Assembly (NCBI GenBank): GCA_947471695.1 | Contig: CANIWY010000001.1 | Location: forward strand, 7,448-71,447 | DNA: 64,000 bases | From: Nitrosomonadaceae bacterium | GTDB taxonomy: Bacteria; Pseudomonadota; Gammaproteobacteria; Burkholderiales; Nitrosomonadaceae | Reading direction: 5' to 3' | Shown: positions 29,892 through 41,775 of the stretch, piece after piece | Position numbering within the stretch: position 1 is the first letter of the stretch | How the letters are laid out: each line of letters begins with the position of its first letter | Notes under the pieces: model-generated | What the model was told of the DNA's origin: nothing | The model's database searches: none | What the model saw: only the letters and a program-made list of their open reading frames with translations | Position numbers and translations under genes: made by a program

Positions 29892-32378
29892 TTGAAAAGT
29901 AATAATTTCATCGTGCGTAAGGCTGCGGTACTCGGTGCAGGCGTAATGGGGGCGCAGATTGCAGCACACTTAGCCAATGCCAATATTGAGATACTGCTAT
30001 TCGAACTTCCTAATCAACAAGGAGACCCTAACGACAGCGTAATTAAGGCTGTTGAGAGTCTTCGAAAACAAGAACCCTCACCGCTGTCCACCACGGCCAG
30101 AGCGGCCTGTATTCAGCCTGCCAATTACAGTGAGCATCTTGAACTGCTCAGGGATTGCGATATTGTGATTGAGGCCATTGCCGAACGCATGGATTGGAAA
30201 GCAGAGTTATACACTAAGGTTGCCCCATACCTTAGCGAACATACCATCTTTGCTAGCAATACTTCGGGCCTTTCTATCAACCAGCTAGCCCGCGCATTCC
30301 CCGAAAATCTCCGCCGGCGTTTTTGCGGTGTCCATTTTTTCAATCCACCCCGCTACATGCACCTGGTCGAGTTAATTCCCTACGAAGATAGTGATACTGC
30401 AATGCTAGATCACCTCGAAGCATTCCTCGTCACCTATCTTGGCAAGGGCGTAATTCGCGCCAAGGATACACCCAACTTCATCGCTAACCGGGTGGGTATG
30501 TTCTCCATGCTTGCCACCATGCACCACGCCCGCAAATTCAATCTCAATCTTGACTTGGTCGACGGCTTGACTGGATCCCTTATTGGGCGGCCTAAGAGCG
30601 CAACCTTCCGTACCGCGGATGTGGTTGGGCTGGATACCCTTGCACATGTCATCAATACCATGCGCGACGGCCTTTCTGAAGATCCCTGGCACCGATACTA
30701 TACCCCTCCGGATTGGCTACAAGACCTAGTCAACAATGGTTCACTGGGGCAAAAGAGTAGATGCGGGGTCTACCAGAAAGTGGGTAAAGAGATACACGTA
30801 TTCGATCTCGACACGAAGGTATATCGTCCCACTACAGATGCTGTCACCGACGAGATCAAGGAACTTCTAAAACTCAAAGATCCTGTGCAAAGGTTTGCAT
30901 TACTGCGCGCCAACCCCCACCCTCAAGCTCAATTCCTGTGGGCGATTTATAGAGACCTATTTCATTACTGCGCCTTGCATCTGACCACTATTGCTGATAA
31001 TGCTCGAGATCTAGATCTTGCTATGCGATGGGGATTCGGATGGAAACTTGGACCATTTGAAATATGGCAAGAGGCGGGATGGAGCCAGATTGCAGGCTGG
31101 GTGAATGAGGATATCGCTTCAGGTAACAGTATGAGTAATGTCTCCTTGCCCAGCTGGGTACTCGAGGCAGGTCGAGTTGGCGTGCATGAACCACAAGGCT
31201 CATATGCACCATCTTCCAACTCCCTGCGCCCACGGTCAATCCTGCCGATCTACCGTCGGCAGCTATTTCCAGACCATCTCCTAGGAGAGGAGCCACAGTA
31301 CGGCACGACTATATTCGAAACTGATGCAGTTCGCATGTGGCACACCGGCGATGACATTGCTATTGTCAGCTTCAAGAGCAAGATGCACACCATCGGAAAC
31401 GATGTGCTGGATGGACTCCAGCATGCGATACAAGAAGCGGAATCTAATTGGCGCGCCTTGGTCATTTGGCAAACTGAGCCACCATTTTCCGCAGGGGCTA
31501 ACCTACAAAAGGCGACTGCCCGCTTGAAAGGTAATGACCCACCTTCCACGCTGAGTTTGTTGGCTCAGAAAATTAAGAAAACAGCACAGGCTGCAATTCT
31601 CAAGGCTGCGCACAATCTTAACCTTGCCGACGCGCTGATGACTGGGAAGCTTGCAGAGGTCGAATCGATGGTTGCCCAATTTCAACAGACCTCACAAGAT
31701 CTTAGATATTCAATGATCCCTACTGTGGCCGCTGTTGACGGGCTCGCTCTGGGTGGTGGTTGCGAATTTGTAATGCACTGCGACCGTGCCGTAGCCACAC
31801 TAGAGAGCTATATCGGATTGGTGGAGGTGGGCGTTGGTTTAATACCTGCAGGTGGTGGCTGTAAGGAGCTCGCCCTGCGTGCAGCACGGTCGGCGAATGA
31901 TGGAGACCCCTTCCCACTACTAAAAAATTATTTCCGGACAGTGGCCACGGCGCAAATGGCAAAGAGTGCTGAACAGGCAAAAGAACTCGGATATCTGCGC
32001 CCAGCCGACCTCGTGGTAATGAACCGGTTTGAGTTGTTGCATACCGCCAAGGCCCAAGCTATCGCCCTGTCGGAGTCTGGTTATCGGCCTCCCCTTCGAC
32101 ACCGCAATATTCCGGTGGCAGGAAGTACCGGCATTGCCACCATCAAGACCATGCTGATCAATATGTTAGAGGGTGGTTTCATCTCCGAACACGACTACCT
32201 GATCGGTAGCAAAGTTGCACACGTTATGTGCGGCGGTGATCTGACTCCCGGCAGCCTAGTGGACGAAACATGGTTCTTGGAGTTAGAACGAACTGCCTTC
32301 ATCGAACTGCTGGCAACTGAAAAGACACAGGCACGGGTGGAATATACGTTGAAAACAGGCAAGCCTTTGCGAAATTAG
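29892..32378 (+). CDS. Bifunctional 3-hydroxyacyl-CoA dehydrogenase / enoyl-CoA hydratase, dehydrogenase-first domain order
   Basis: TTG start. The N-terminal NAD Rossmann AAVLGAGVMGAQIA and HFFNPP motifs mark the 3-HAD domain. The C-terminal crotonase motifs are FSAGANL and AAVDGLALGGGCEF. Confidence 0.88.
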   Translation: MKSNNFIVRKAAVLGAGVMGAQIAAHLANANIEILLFELPNQQGDPNDSVIKAVESLRKQEPSPLSTTARAACIQPANYSEHLELLRDCDIVIEAIAERMDWKAELYTKVAPYLSEHTIFASNTSGLSINQLARAFPENLRRRFCGVHFFNPPRYMHLVELIPYEDSDTAMLDHLEAFLVTYLGKGVIRAKDTPNFIANRVGMFSMLATMHHARKFNLNLDLVDGLTGSLIGRPKSATFRTADVVGLDTLAHVINTMRDGLSEDPWHRYYTPPDWLQDLVNNGSLGQKSRCGVYQKVGKEIHVFDLDTKVYRPTTDAVTDEIKELLKLKDPVQRFALLRANPHPQAQFLWAIYRDLFHYCALHLTTIADNARDLDLAMRWGFGWKLGPFEIWQEAGWSQIAGWVNEDIASGNSMSNVSLPSWVLEAGRVGVHEPQGSYAPSSNSLRPRSILPIYRRQLFPDHLLGEEPQYGTTIFETDAVRMWHTGDDIAIVSFKSKMHTIGNDVLDGLQHAIQEAESNWRALVIWQTEPPFSAGANLQKATARLKGNDPPSTLSLLAQKIKKTAQAAILKAAHNLNLADALMTGKLAEVESMVAQFQQTSQDLRYSMIPTVAAVDGLALGGGCEFVMHCDRAVATLESYIGLVEVGVGLIPAGGGCKELALRAARSANDGDPFPLLKNYFRTVATAQMAKSAEQAKELGYLRPADLVVMNRFELLHTAKAQAIALSESGYRPPLRHRNIPVAGSTGIATIKTMLINMLEGGFISEHDYLIGSKVAHVMCGGDLTPGSLVDETWFLELERTAFIELLATEKTQARVEYTLKTGKPLRN

Positions 32379-32395
32379 AATCAAGGAGAATCGAC

Positions 32396-33598
32396 ATGGC
32401 CCAGAAACAGACTCAAGATGCCTATATCGTTGCTGCCGTTCGTACCCCTGTCGGGAAGGCTCCTCGCGGCATGTTCAAAAGTGTCCGGCCAGATGACTTA
32501 CTGGTGCATGTACTTAAGAGCGCGATGGCGCAATGCCCTGGGCTAGATCCATCCGCGATTGATGATGTTATCGCTGGTTGCGCAATGCCCGAGGCGGAGC
32601 AAGGTATCAATGTCGCACGCATTGCACTTCTCTTGGCGGGATTGCCAAATAACGTGCCTGGTATGACCGTCAACCGTTTCTGCGCTTCTGGGTTACAGGC
32701 TGTTGCGCTCGCTGCTGACCGCATCCGACTAGGCGAGGCTGATGTAATGATCGGAGCAGGCACTGAAAGTATGAGTATGGTCCCGATGATGGGGAACAAG
32801 GTCGCCATGAATCCAGAGATATTTCTTCACGGCGAGAATGTCAGCATTGCTTATGGTATGGGCATGACTGGGGAAAAAGTGGCACAGCGCTGGAAAATAA
32901 GCCGAGAATCTCAAGATGAATTTGCCGCGACCAGCCATGCTCGGGCTCTTAAAGCCATTACGACTGGCGAGTTCGGGCAAGAGATTGCGCCCTACCTCAT
33001 TGAAGAAAGAAGACCCGATCTTTCTACGCACGAGATCCGCATTATGAGCACTCTCAAGAATACCGACGAAGGCCCTCGCCCCGGAACCAGTTTAGAGGCA
33101 CTCAGCAAACTGAAACCTGTATTTGCCGCCACGGGCTCGGTCACTGCAGGCAATAGCTCGCAGATGTCTGACGGTGCGGGTGCTGTTATTGTAGTAAGCG
33201 AAACTGCTTTAAGGCGGTTCAATCTCACTCCGATTGGTCGCTTCTTAGGTTTTGCTGTGGCTGGCGTTCCACCCGAAATTATGGGTGTCGGTCCGATCAA
33301 AGCGATACCAAAGGTTCTGCAGCAGGTCGGATTGAGACAGGACGATATTGACTGGATCGAGCTGAATGAAGCCTTTGCCGCACAGAGCCTAGCGGTTATT
33401 GACGACCTTGGTCTGGACCGGGCTAAGGTCAATCCGTTGGGCGGGGCGATCGCGCTAGGTCATCCTCTGGGTGCGACCGGAGCCATCCGTGTCGCCACAT
33501 TGCTACATGGATTACGTCGGCATAAACAAAAGTACGGCATGGTGACCATGTGCATCGGCACAGGGATGGGTGCTGCGGGAGTATTCGAGGTTCTCTAG
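32396..33598 (+). CDS. fadA: Acetyl-CoA C-acyltransferase (3-ketoacyl-CoA thiolase)
   Basis: Thiolase active-site regions VNRFCASGLQA, NEAFAAQ and CIGTGMGAAGVFE. Confidence 0.93.
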   Translation: MAQKQTQDAYIVAAVRTPVGKAPRGMFKSVRPDDLLVHVLKSAMAQCPGLDPSAIDDVIAGCAMPEAEQGINVARIALLLAGLPNNVPGMTVNRFCASGLQAVALAADRIRLGEADVMIGAGTESMSMVPMMGNKVAMNPEIFLHGENVSIAYGMGMTGEKVAQRWKISRESQDEFAATSHARALKAITTGEFGQEIAPYLIEERRPDLSTHEIRIMSTLKNTDEGPRPGTSLEALSKLKPVFAATGSVTAGNSSQMSDGAGAVIVVSETALRRFNLTPIGRFLGFAVAGVPPEIMGVGPIKAIPKVLQQVGLRQDDIDWIELNEAFAAQSLAVIDDLGLDRAKVNPLGGAIALGHPLGATGAIRVATLLHGLRRHKQKYGMVTMCIGTGMGAAGVFEVL

Positions 33599-33604
33599 CA
33601 GATT

Positions 33605-33793
33605 CTATTTCTGGGCGAAATAGACATAGCCCGTCTGGGGCTCCTTCGCTTCCTCAAATCGCTGGCGTTCGTCCTTATCTAGCTTCTTATCCCACCAAAT
33701 GGCTCGGGCCTCTTTCTGCTGTTCAGCTAGGTGAGGATTCTTTGCGAATAGCTCGCGCATGAATTTAGTGTGCTCGGATTCGTATAGTTCCAT
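33605..33793 (-). CDS. Small conserved protein, probably DUF3460 family
   Basis: 62 aa. The YESEHTKFMRELFAKNPHLAEQQKEARAIWWDK pattern matches my recollection of the betaproteobacterial DUF3460 family. Not verified by search. Confidence 0.5.
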   Translation of the reverse strand: MELYESEHTKFMRELFAKNPHLAEQQKEARAIWWDKKLDKDERQRFEEAKEPQTGYVYFAQK

Positions 33794-33901
33794 GATCTAC
33801 TTTATCTGTCGTTGACGATAACGAGGGACTTTACCATAACCGACTTCCATTGGCACCAAACAGATAGATTGGCTGAGGATCGAGACAAGAAGAAGACCAG
33901 A

Positions 33902-34828
33902 TCAGATCTCTAGATACCCGTCATGATGAGAGTTATATTTACGCAACCCCATGATGAACTTAGAAAATGGAAGGGCGAGTTCGCTTTCTAGGTTTTCTGC
34001 ACGTCTGCTTAACTCCTCCCATGCTAGTTTACCGGGGCTATGTTTGAGTGCAAAAACAATCTGATTGCCGCGAACTTCCGTCATCAGGATCAACACATGC
34101 CCGTTGAAAGTATGTTGGATCCGTCGCATATATTCTTCTCGCCCTCTATCTCTACTGAGCAGATTCACTACGAGAACTCCATTTTTATTGAGGGATTCGC
34201 GTGCTCGATTATAGAAGTCTTGGCTGCAGAGCGTCCCCACCTGACAGCCATCGTCAAACCCATCGACCATTAATATATCTGCGGTTACAGGATTGCTAGC
34301 AACATACTCACCGCCCTCCGCCGTCACCACCTGCAGGCGTTCACTATCGTTAGGCAGAGAGAAGTAGCTTCGAGCGGTTGCGATGACTTGCGGACTGATC
34401 TCTACCACCGTGATCTTTGTCTGTGGCATCCTCTCGTACACGAACTTTACCAATGATCCGCCCCCCAGACCGATCATCAATATATGACCAGGGTTAGGAT
34501 GAAAAAGCAGGAATCCCATCATGCAACGTGTATAAGCCAACTCCAGGTCATTAGGGGTGCTCAGCCGCATTGCGCTTTGAATCATGCTACCGCCAAGATG
34601 TAGCGCACGCACCCCATCTTTTTCACTCATTTCGATATTGGACTCCTGTTGCTTAGTTCGCCATCTAGAAACTTGAAACATCAAGCCGGTACTCCAATAA
34701 ATTTTTCTAACATAGCAGCCTCCCCCCAATGCGTCGATTGGTTCTTTACATTGCGATGCAGCGAGCTCATAGTCGTCTTTAATATCGTTACCTAGAGTTT
34801 CCCTGAATTTTTGGGGTGAGAATTTCAT
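33902..34828 (-). CDS. Spermidine synthase-like class I methyltransferase-fold protein (start uncertain)
   Basis: ILMIGLGGGSLVKF (SAM-type glycine loop), VVEISPQV and DILMVDGFD motifs. Possible starts are 34891, 34828 and 34630 (MSEKDGVRALHLGG, where homologs I recall begin). Confidence 0.65.
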   Translation of the reverse strand: MKFSPQKFRETLGNDIKDDYELAASQCKEPIDALGGGCYVRKIYWSTGLMFQVSRWRTKQQESNIEMSEKDGVRALHLGGSMIQSAMRLSTPNDLELAYTRCMMGFLLFHPNPGHILMIGLGGGSLVKFVYERMPQTKITVVEISPQVIATARSYFSLPNDSERLQVVTAEGGEYVASNPVTADILMVDGFDDGCQVGTLCSQDFYNRARESLNKNGVLVVNLLSRDRGREEYMRRIQHTFNGHVLILMTEVRGNQIVFALKHSPGKLAWEELSRRAENLESELALPFSKFIMGLRKYNSHHDGYLEI

Positions 34829-34985
34829 GAAAAAATCTATTGTACTCACCTCCATTCTAGTAACTGGCTGCGCAGGCATCATCACCGTCAAAGATAAACC
34901 ACGACTCTATGACGTGAAATTTAAAGGTTCTCATACTCATCTCTCTCATTGCGTAGTTAACAACCTTCGTTCCGACACCCGATGA
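34827..34985 (+). CDS. Candidate small lipoprotein (52 aa)
   Basis: Below the ORF-track size cutoff. ATG 34827 is preceded by GGGGTGAG. It encodes MKKSIVLTSILVTGC AG..., a textbook lipobox. There is no homology support and it could be a chance ORF. Confidence 0.25.
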   Translation: MKKSIVLTSILVTGCAGIITVKDKPRLYDVKFKGSHTHLSHCVVNNLRSDTR

Positions 34986-35383
34986 GTTATTAATAGCCAG
35001 CAATTCAATATGTGGGAGTACCCTGACATCGCAGCATCTGAGACTTATGCCTAAGCGCTGCAAGCACTTCCGGAAATGTGTGCTCGTATTTCGCCCCTGA
35101 ATCCCGATGCGGTTTTTAATAGCCCGGCTCCTTAACCTATAGTTCGTGCTTATGCAAATACTCCGTCTGTTGGTCCAGAGTATTCGTTTACTCTGCTTCT
35201 GAAGCAGGTCGACAGCACCACTGTCAGCGCTCCCCTTTAAGGGTAGCAGTATGAAGGGCTTATCGCGTGGGAGGGTTTACATGTGTGTGCTTTGGACTAA
35301 CACCTTGAGATCTTTCTTAATACTTAACGATCCTTTCCGTAAAGAATTGCCGAAAATTCTTTCACTCCGGGTGTACCGAAATA

Positions 35384-35902
35384 TCAAAGCAGGTCAATAA
35401 CCAGCTCCCAATTGTTTTTATAATCTTCTAGCCATCCGGTCTTGTGATTTACCAAGAATTTTACATGCTTCCGAACTTTTGATTTGAGGTATGCGTGGTC
35501 CCTTTTTAAGACTCTGATCGAAGTCTTTTTATGTAAAACACCGCTCTGTCCAAGCATTTCCAGCCATATTTCATATGACATCTTGGTAACCTCGGCAACT
35601 TTTTTAGAGGGCATTATATAAAACTCCTCCGGGTCGTTGTCTTCGGACAAATATATAAAAATATAGATGAGTCCCTTATGTGCTATTTCATTTTTTTCGC
35701 TCAGGATCCATGAGTCTCTTGTTGCTGTTTTAACTTGAACGGGGATGAACCTCCCCCCCACTTTGTTCGTAACGACGATATCGTAGTGCTCAGTATTCGG
35801 TGGTGCAATACTAGCGATTAGACCTCTTCTTAAGAGGTGGGAAAGTACGAGATGTTCCCCCGCACTCGCAAGCCATGTTGACTGTGTTTTTGGTAATGAC
35901 AT
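35384..35902 (-). CDS. Hypothetical protein with PD-(D/E)XK-nuclease-like N-terminal domain
   Basis: The AT-rich ORF contains GEHLVLSHLLRRG...HYDIVV...IPVQVKT (E...D...Q-x-K spacing). ATG 35902 has the SD GGGAGA 7 nt upstream; the ORF extends to 35917. The C-terminal roughly 90 aa are unrecognised. Confidence 0.45.
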   Translation of the reverse strand: MSLPKTQSTWLASAGEHLVLSHLLRRGLIASIAPPNTEHYDIVVTNKVGGRFIPVQVKTATRDSWILSEKNEIAHKGLIYIFIYLSEDNDPEEFYIMPSKKVAEVTKMSYEIWLEMLGQSGVLHKKTSIRVLKRDHAYLKSKVRKHVKFLVNHKTGWLEDYKNNWELVIDLL

Positions 35903-36014
35903 ACTATTGTCTCCCATTAAATCACCGATCTAGTATCAACTTGATTTCCATAAATCGCAGGTCTATGTTTTTATTATTACAAACTTACCACCTTGATTAT
36001 GTTCAATTTTTTTG

Positions 36015-36087
36015 TGCCCTGAACACGAATCGAACGTGTGACCTACCCCTTAGGAGGGGGTTGCTCTATCCACTGAGCTACCAGGGC
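36015..36087 (-). tRNA. tRNA-Arg (anticodon CCT)
   Basis: Hand-folded cloverleaf, 73 nt, no encoded CCA:
- acceptor stem GCCCTGG / TCAGGGC
- D arm GCTC-AGTGGATA-GAGC
- anticodon stem ACCCC / GGGGT with loop CTCCTAA
- T arm ACACG-TTCGATT-CGTGT
- discriminator A. Confidence 0.9.
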
Positions 36088-36222
36088 GGAAGTTGAATTT
36101 TACGCTATTATTTCTGTTAAATAGCCCCACATCCGCGACTTCATTTGCGTCTGATTAGATAAAACACAAGGAATGAACTATGTTTTGTTGTAGCAGTATA
36201 GGAATCACACAGGAGATACATC

Positions 36223-36756
36223 ATGAAAGCGCTAACCATTCCCACCATGCTATTGATGACAGCCCTCTCTTTCGGGAGCAATGCTGTGCGCGCTGAATCA
36301 CCCAAAATTGGGCACCCGGCCCCTGATTTTAATCTTCCCGATCAAAATGGGCAGACCCGTATGCTTTCTGATTTTCGGGGAAAGTGGCTAGCCCTCTATT
36401 TCTACCCCAAGGATGATACCCCTGGTTGCACCGAACAAGCATGCAAGTTCCGTGATGATCTACACCAACTTACTGAATTAGGTGCCCAGGTTGTCGGCAT
36501 CAGCGTGGATAACACTTCCAGCCACGCCGCATTCGCCAAAAAATATAATCTTCAATTCCCCCTTCTTTCCGACAGCAAGGCTGAAACTGCCGCACGTTAT
36601 GGCTCCCTCCTCAACTTGGGGATCATAAAGTTTGCTAAACGCAATACCTTCCTGATCGATCCACACGGAGTCATCGTCAAGGTCTATCTTTCTGCGAGCG
36701 CTTCTCGCAATGCCCTAGAGGTTGTGGAGGACTTGAAGAAATTGACCGCTTTATAA
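36223..36756 (+). CDS. bcp: Peroxiredoxin (Bcp-type thiol peroxidase) with signal peptide
   Basis: The FYPKDDTPGCTEQAC peroxidatic-Cys motif, preceded by the N-terminal signal-like MKALTIPTMLLMTALSFGSNAVRA. Confidence 0.85.
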   Translation: MKALTIPTMLLMTALSFGSNAVRAESPKIGHPAPDFNLPDQNGQTRMLSDFRGKWLALYFYPKDDTPGCTEQACKFRDDLHQLTELGAQVVGISVDNTSSHAAFAKKYNLQFPLLSDSKAETAARYGSLLNLGIIKFAKRNTFLIDPHGVIVKVYLSASASRNALEVVEDLKKLTAL

Positions 36757-36797
36757 GACTCCCCAATAAAAACTGCAATTACCCGTAATGGAGACTA

Positions 36798-37277
36798 GTG
36801 GCTATGGCAAATCTGAGTAATGTTCAACGAGATCAGTTGAGGCAGGTATTGCACAACCGCCAGTTAAAGTTACAAGATGAAATACATGACGACCTACATT
36901 GTTCCGGCGAGCAGCGATATATTGCAATGGTGCGTATCGGTGATGATTCTGTGGTTAGTATGCTCGCGGATATCGACACCACCATCACTGACCGCGCCGT
37001 TCATGAAATACGTGAGATAGAGGTCTCTCTTAAACGACTATCTGAAATTAATTTTGGCGACTGTACTGACTGTGGTGACGAGATTGACTTTACCCGGCTA
37101 CTGTCCTATCCTACTGCCCAACGCTGTACCCCTTGGAGACGGGGACCCCCTGAGCAGCACCATTACTGCACCACTCCCGCCATCCTGCGGCATTGCTTGA
37201 CAGAATGCGAGTACATCATCCCGCTGCGCCAACCAGCTTCCTACTCTTGTTTTCAGCACCGGCTCATGGCCTTTTGA
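36798..37277 (+). CDS. TraR/DksA-family zinc-finger protein, atypical C-terminus
   Basis: Coiled-coil-like N-terminal part, then FGDCTDCGDEIDFTRLLSYPTAQRCTPW, i.e. CxxC-X17-CxxW where the family has CxxC. The ORF then continues for 47 more codons and overlaps smr. Confidence 0.55.
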   Translation: MAMANLSNVQRDQLRQVLHNRQLKLQDEIHDDLHCSGEQRYIAMVRIGDDSVVSMLADIDTTITDRAVHEIREIEVSLKRLSEINFGDCTDCGDEIDFTRLLSYPTAQRCTPWRRGPPEQHHYCTTPAILRHCLTECEYIIPLRQPASYSCFQHRLMAF

Positions 37278-37715
37278 GTTAAGCCCCTTACCATGTATCA
37301 CTTGTACACAACGATATTCCCGCTCCCCACTTCTATTTAGAAACTCTACCAATTCCCGTCGTGCTTGATCGCGAGTCGACCCGTGAAGATCGAGTCTTGC
37401 TTGTATATCCCAGTACCCTCGACGTAGCCTTCGCAACGTCTGATGAGATACCCCGGGGCGCATGAAAAACCATGCATCACCCGCTTCAATTTCCAGCGGA
37501 ATATGGTCTGAGATTGCGTCTATTGTGGCTGGTTGTGCTTGTTGCCCCTTTTGCTGAGGGACGGGTCGTGGGAGCCTTTGGGAGTGAGTAATCTTGTCAG
37601 GCATGGCCAGCGGCGACACACCTTTCACTGCATCGAGGAACGCGGCAGCATCTTCGCTGTCTGGCGAAGCGGAGCTGATTGAAGCCTTATCATCATGCCG
37701 ATTCATGCAAAACAC
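37098..37715 (-). CDS. Smr/MutS2-family endonuclease domain protein
   Basis: C-terminal Smr domain LDLHGSTRDQARRELVEFL...VIHGKGLNS...GGSGAVMVLL. Confidence 0.85.
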   Translation of the reverse strand: MFCMNRHDDKASISSASPDSEDAAAFLDAVKGVSPLAMPDKITHSQRLPRPVPQQKGQQAQPATIDAISDHIPLEIEAGDAWFFMRPGVSHQTLRRLRRGYWDIQARLDLHGSTRDQARRELVEFLNRSGEREYRCVQVIHGKGLNSKGHEPVLKTRVGSWLAQRDDVLAFCQAMPQDGGSGAVMVLLRGSPSPRGTALGSRIGQ

Positions 37716-37727
37716 CCCTGTCGGCGA

Positions 37728-41295
<3,568 letters not shown>

Positions 41296-41326
41296 ATCGG
41301 CTTCACTCTATTCAAGGATGCCTTGT

Positions 41327-41773
41327 CTACTCATCCCTCGACTGCAGCACCTGATGTATCACCTCAGTCGCAAAACCTCGACCACGCAAAAAACGCATCT
41401 GTTTCCCGTGGTCTTGAGCATCCGCCGGTGGTGTGGCAAATCTTTTGCGCCACACCTCTTGTGCAGCTTCCAGTTCGGTCTTCTTGAGATCAGGCACAAC
41501 GGATGCAATCAAGTGCTCGTCAATCCCTTTTCCGCGTAATTCATACACAATGCGCTGAATACCAAATCTTTTTCTGCGGACCCGCACCACTTGTTCGACC
41601 ACTCGATCTGCTGACAGGAGTCCCTGCTGCTCCATCGTATCAAGCAAAACAGAAATCTCTGTCAGACCTTGGGCATGCGGCAAGAGTTTTTTTTCCAATT
41701 CCAGGCGGGAATGCTCCCGACGAGCTAGGTAACCCAGCGCTCGTTCTCTTAGGTTGCCCCCCCTCTTCACCAC
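41327..41773 (-). CDS. recX: Recombination regulator RecX
   Basis: ALGYLARREHSRLELEKKL, a three-helix repeat pattern, immediately downstream of recA. Confidence 0.9.
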   Translation of the reverse strand: MVKRGGNLRERALGYLARREHSRLELEKKLLPHAQGLTEISVLLDTMEQQGLLSADRVVEQVVRVRRKRFGIQRIVYELRGKGIDEHLIASVVPDLKKTELEAAQEVWRKRFATPPADAQDHGKQMRFLRGRGFATEVIHQVLQSRDE

Positions 41774-41775
41774 AT

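Noticed and set aside
34801-35110. I looked for a direct repeat of the tRNA-Arg 3' segment (plus-strand TGCCCTGAACACGAATCGAA) that would mark the far end of an integrated element.
   Set aside because: Only 7-nt matches (CCCTGAA at 34801 and 35095) were found by eye, and the similarity breaks down immediately after. That is insufficient to call an att site.
34986-35260. The small lipoprotein ORF's reading frame can be read on through TGA (34983), TAA (35052), TAA (35133), TAA (35238) and TAG (35244) without frameshifts. This hints at a nonsense-decayed pseudogene.
   Set aside because: Stops every 22-34 codons is about what random sequence of this composition gives. The inter-stop peptides have no recognisable features. 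There is no evidence beyond the first 52 codons.
35875-36096. A 73-aa plus-strand ORF.
   Set aside because: It overlaps the minus-strand tRNA-Arg(CCT) gene and the start of the nuclease-like gene. It is spurious.
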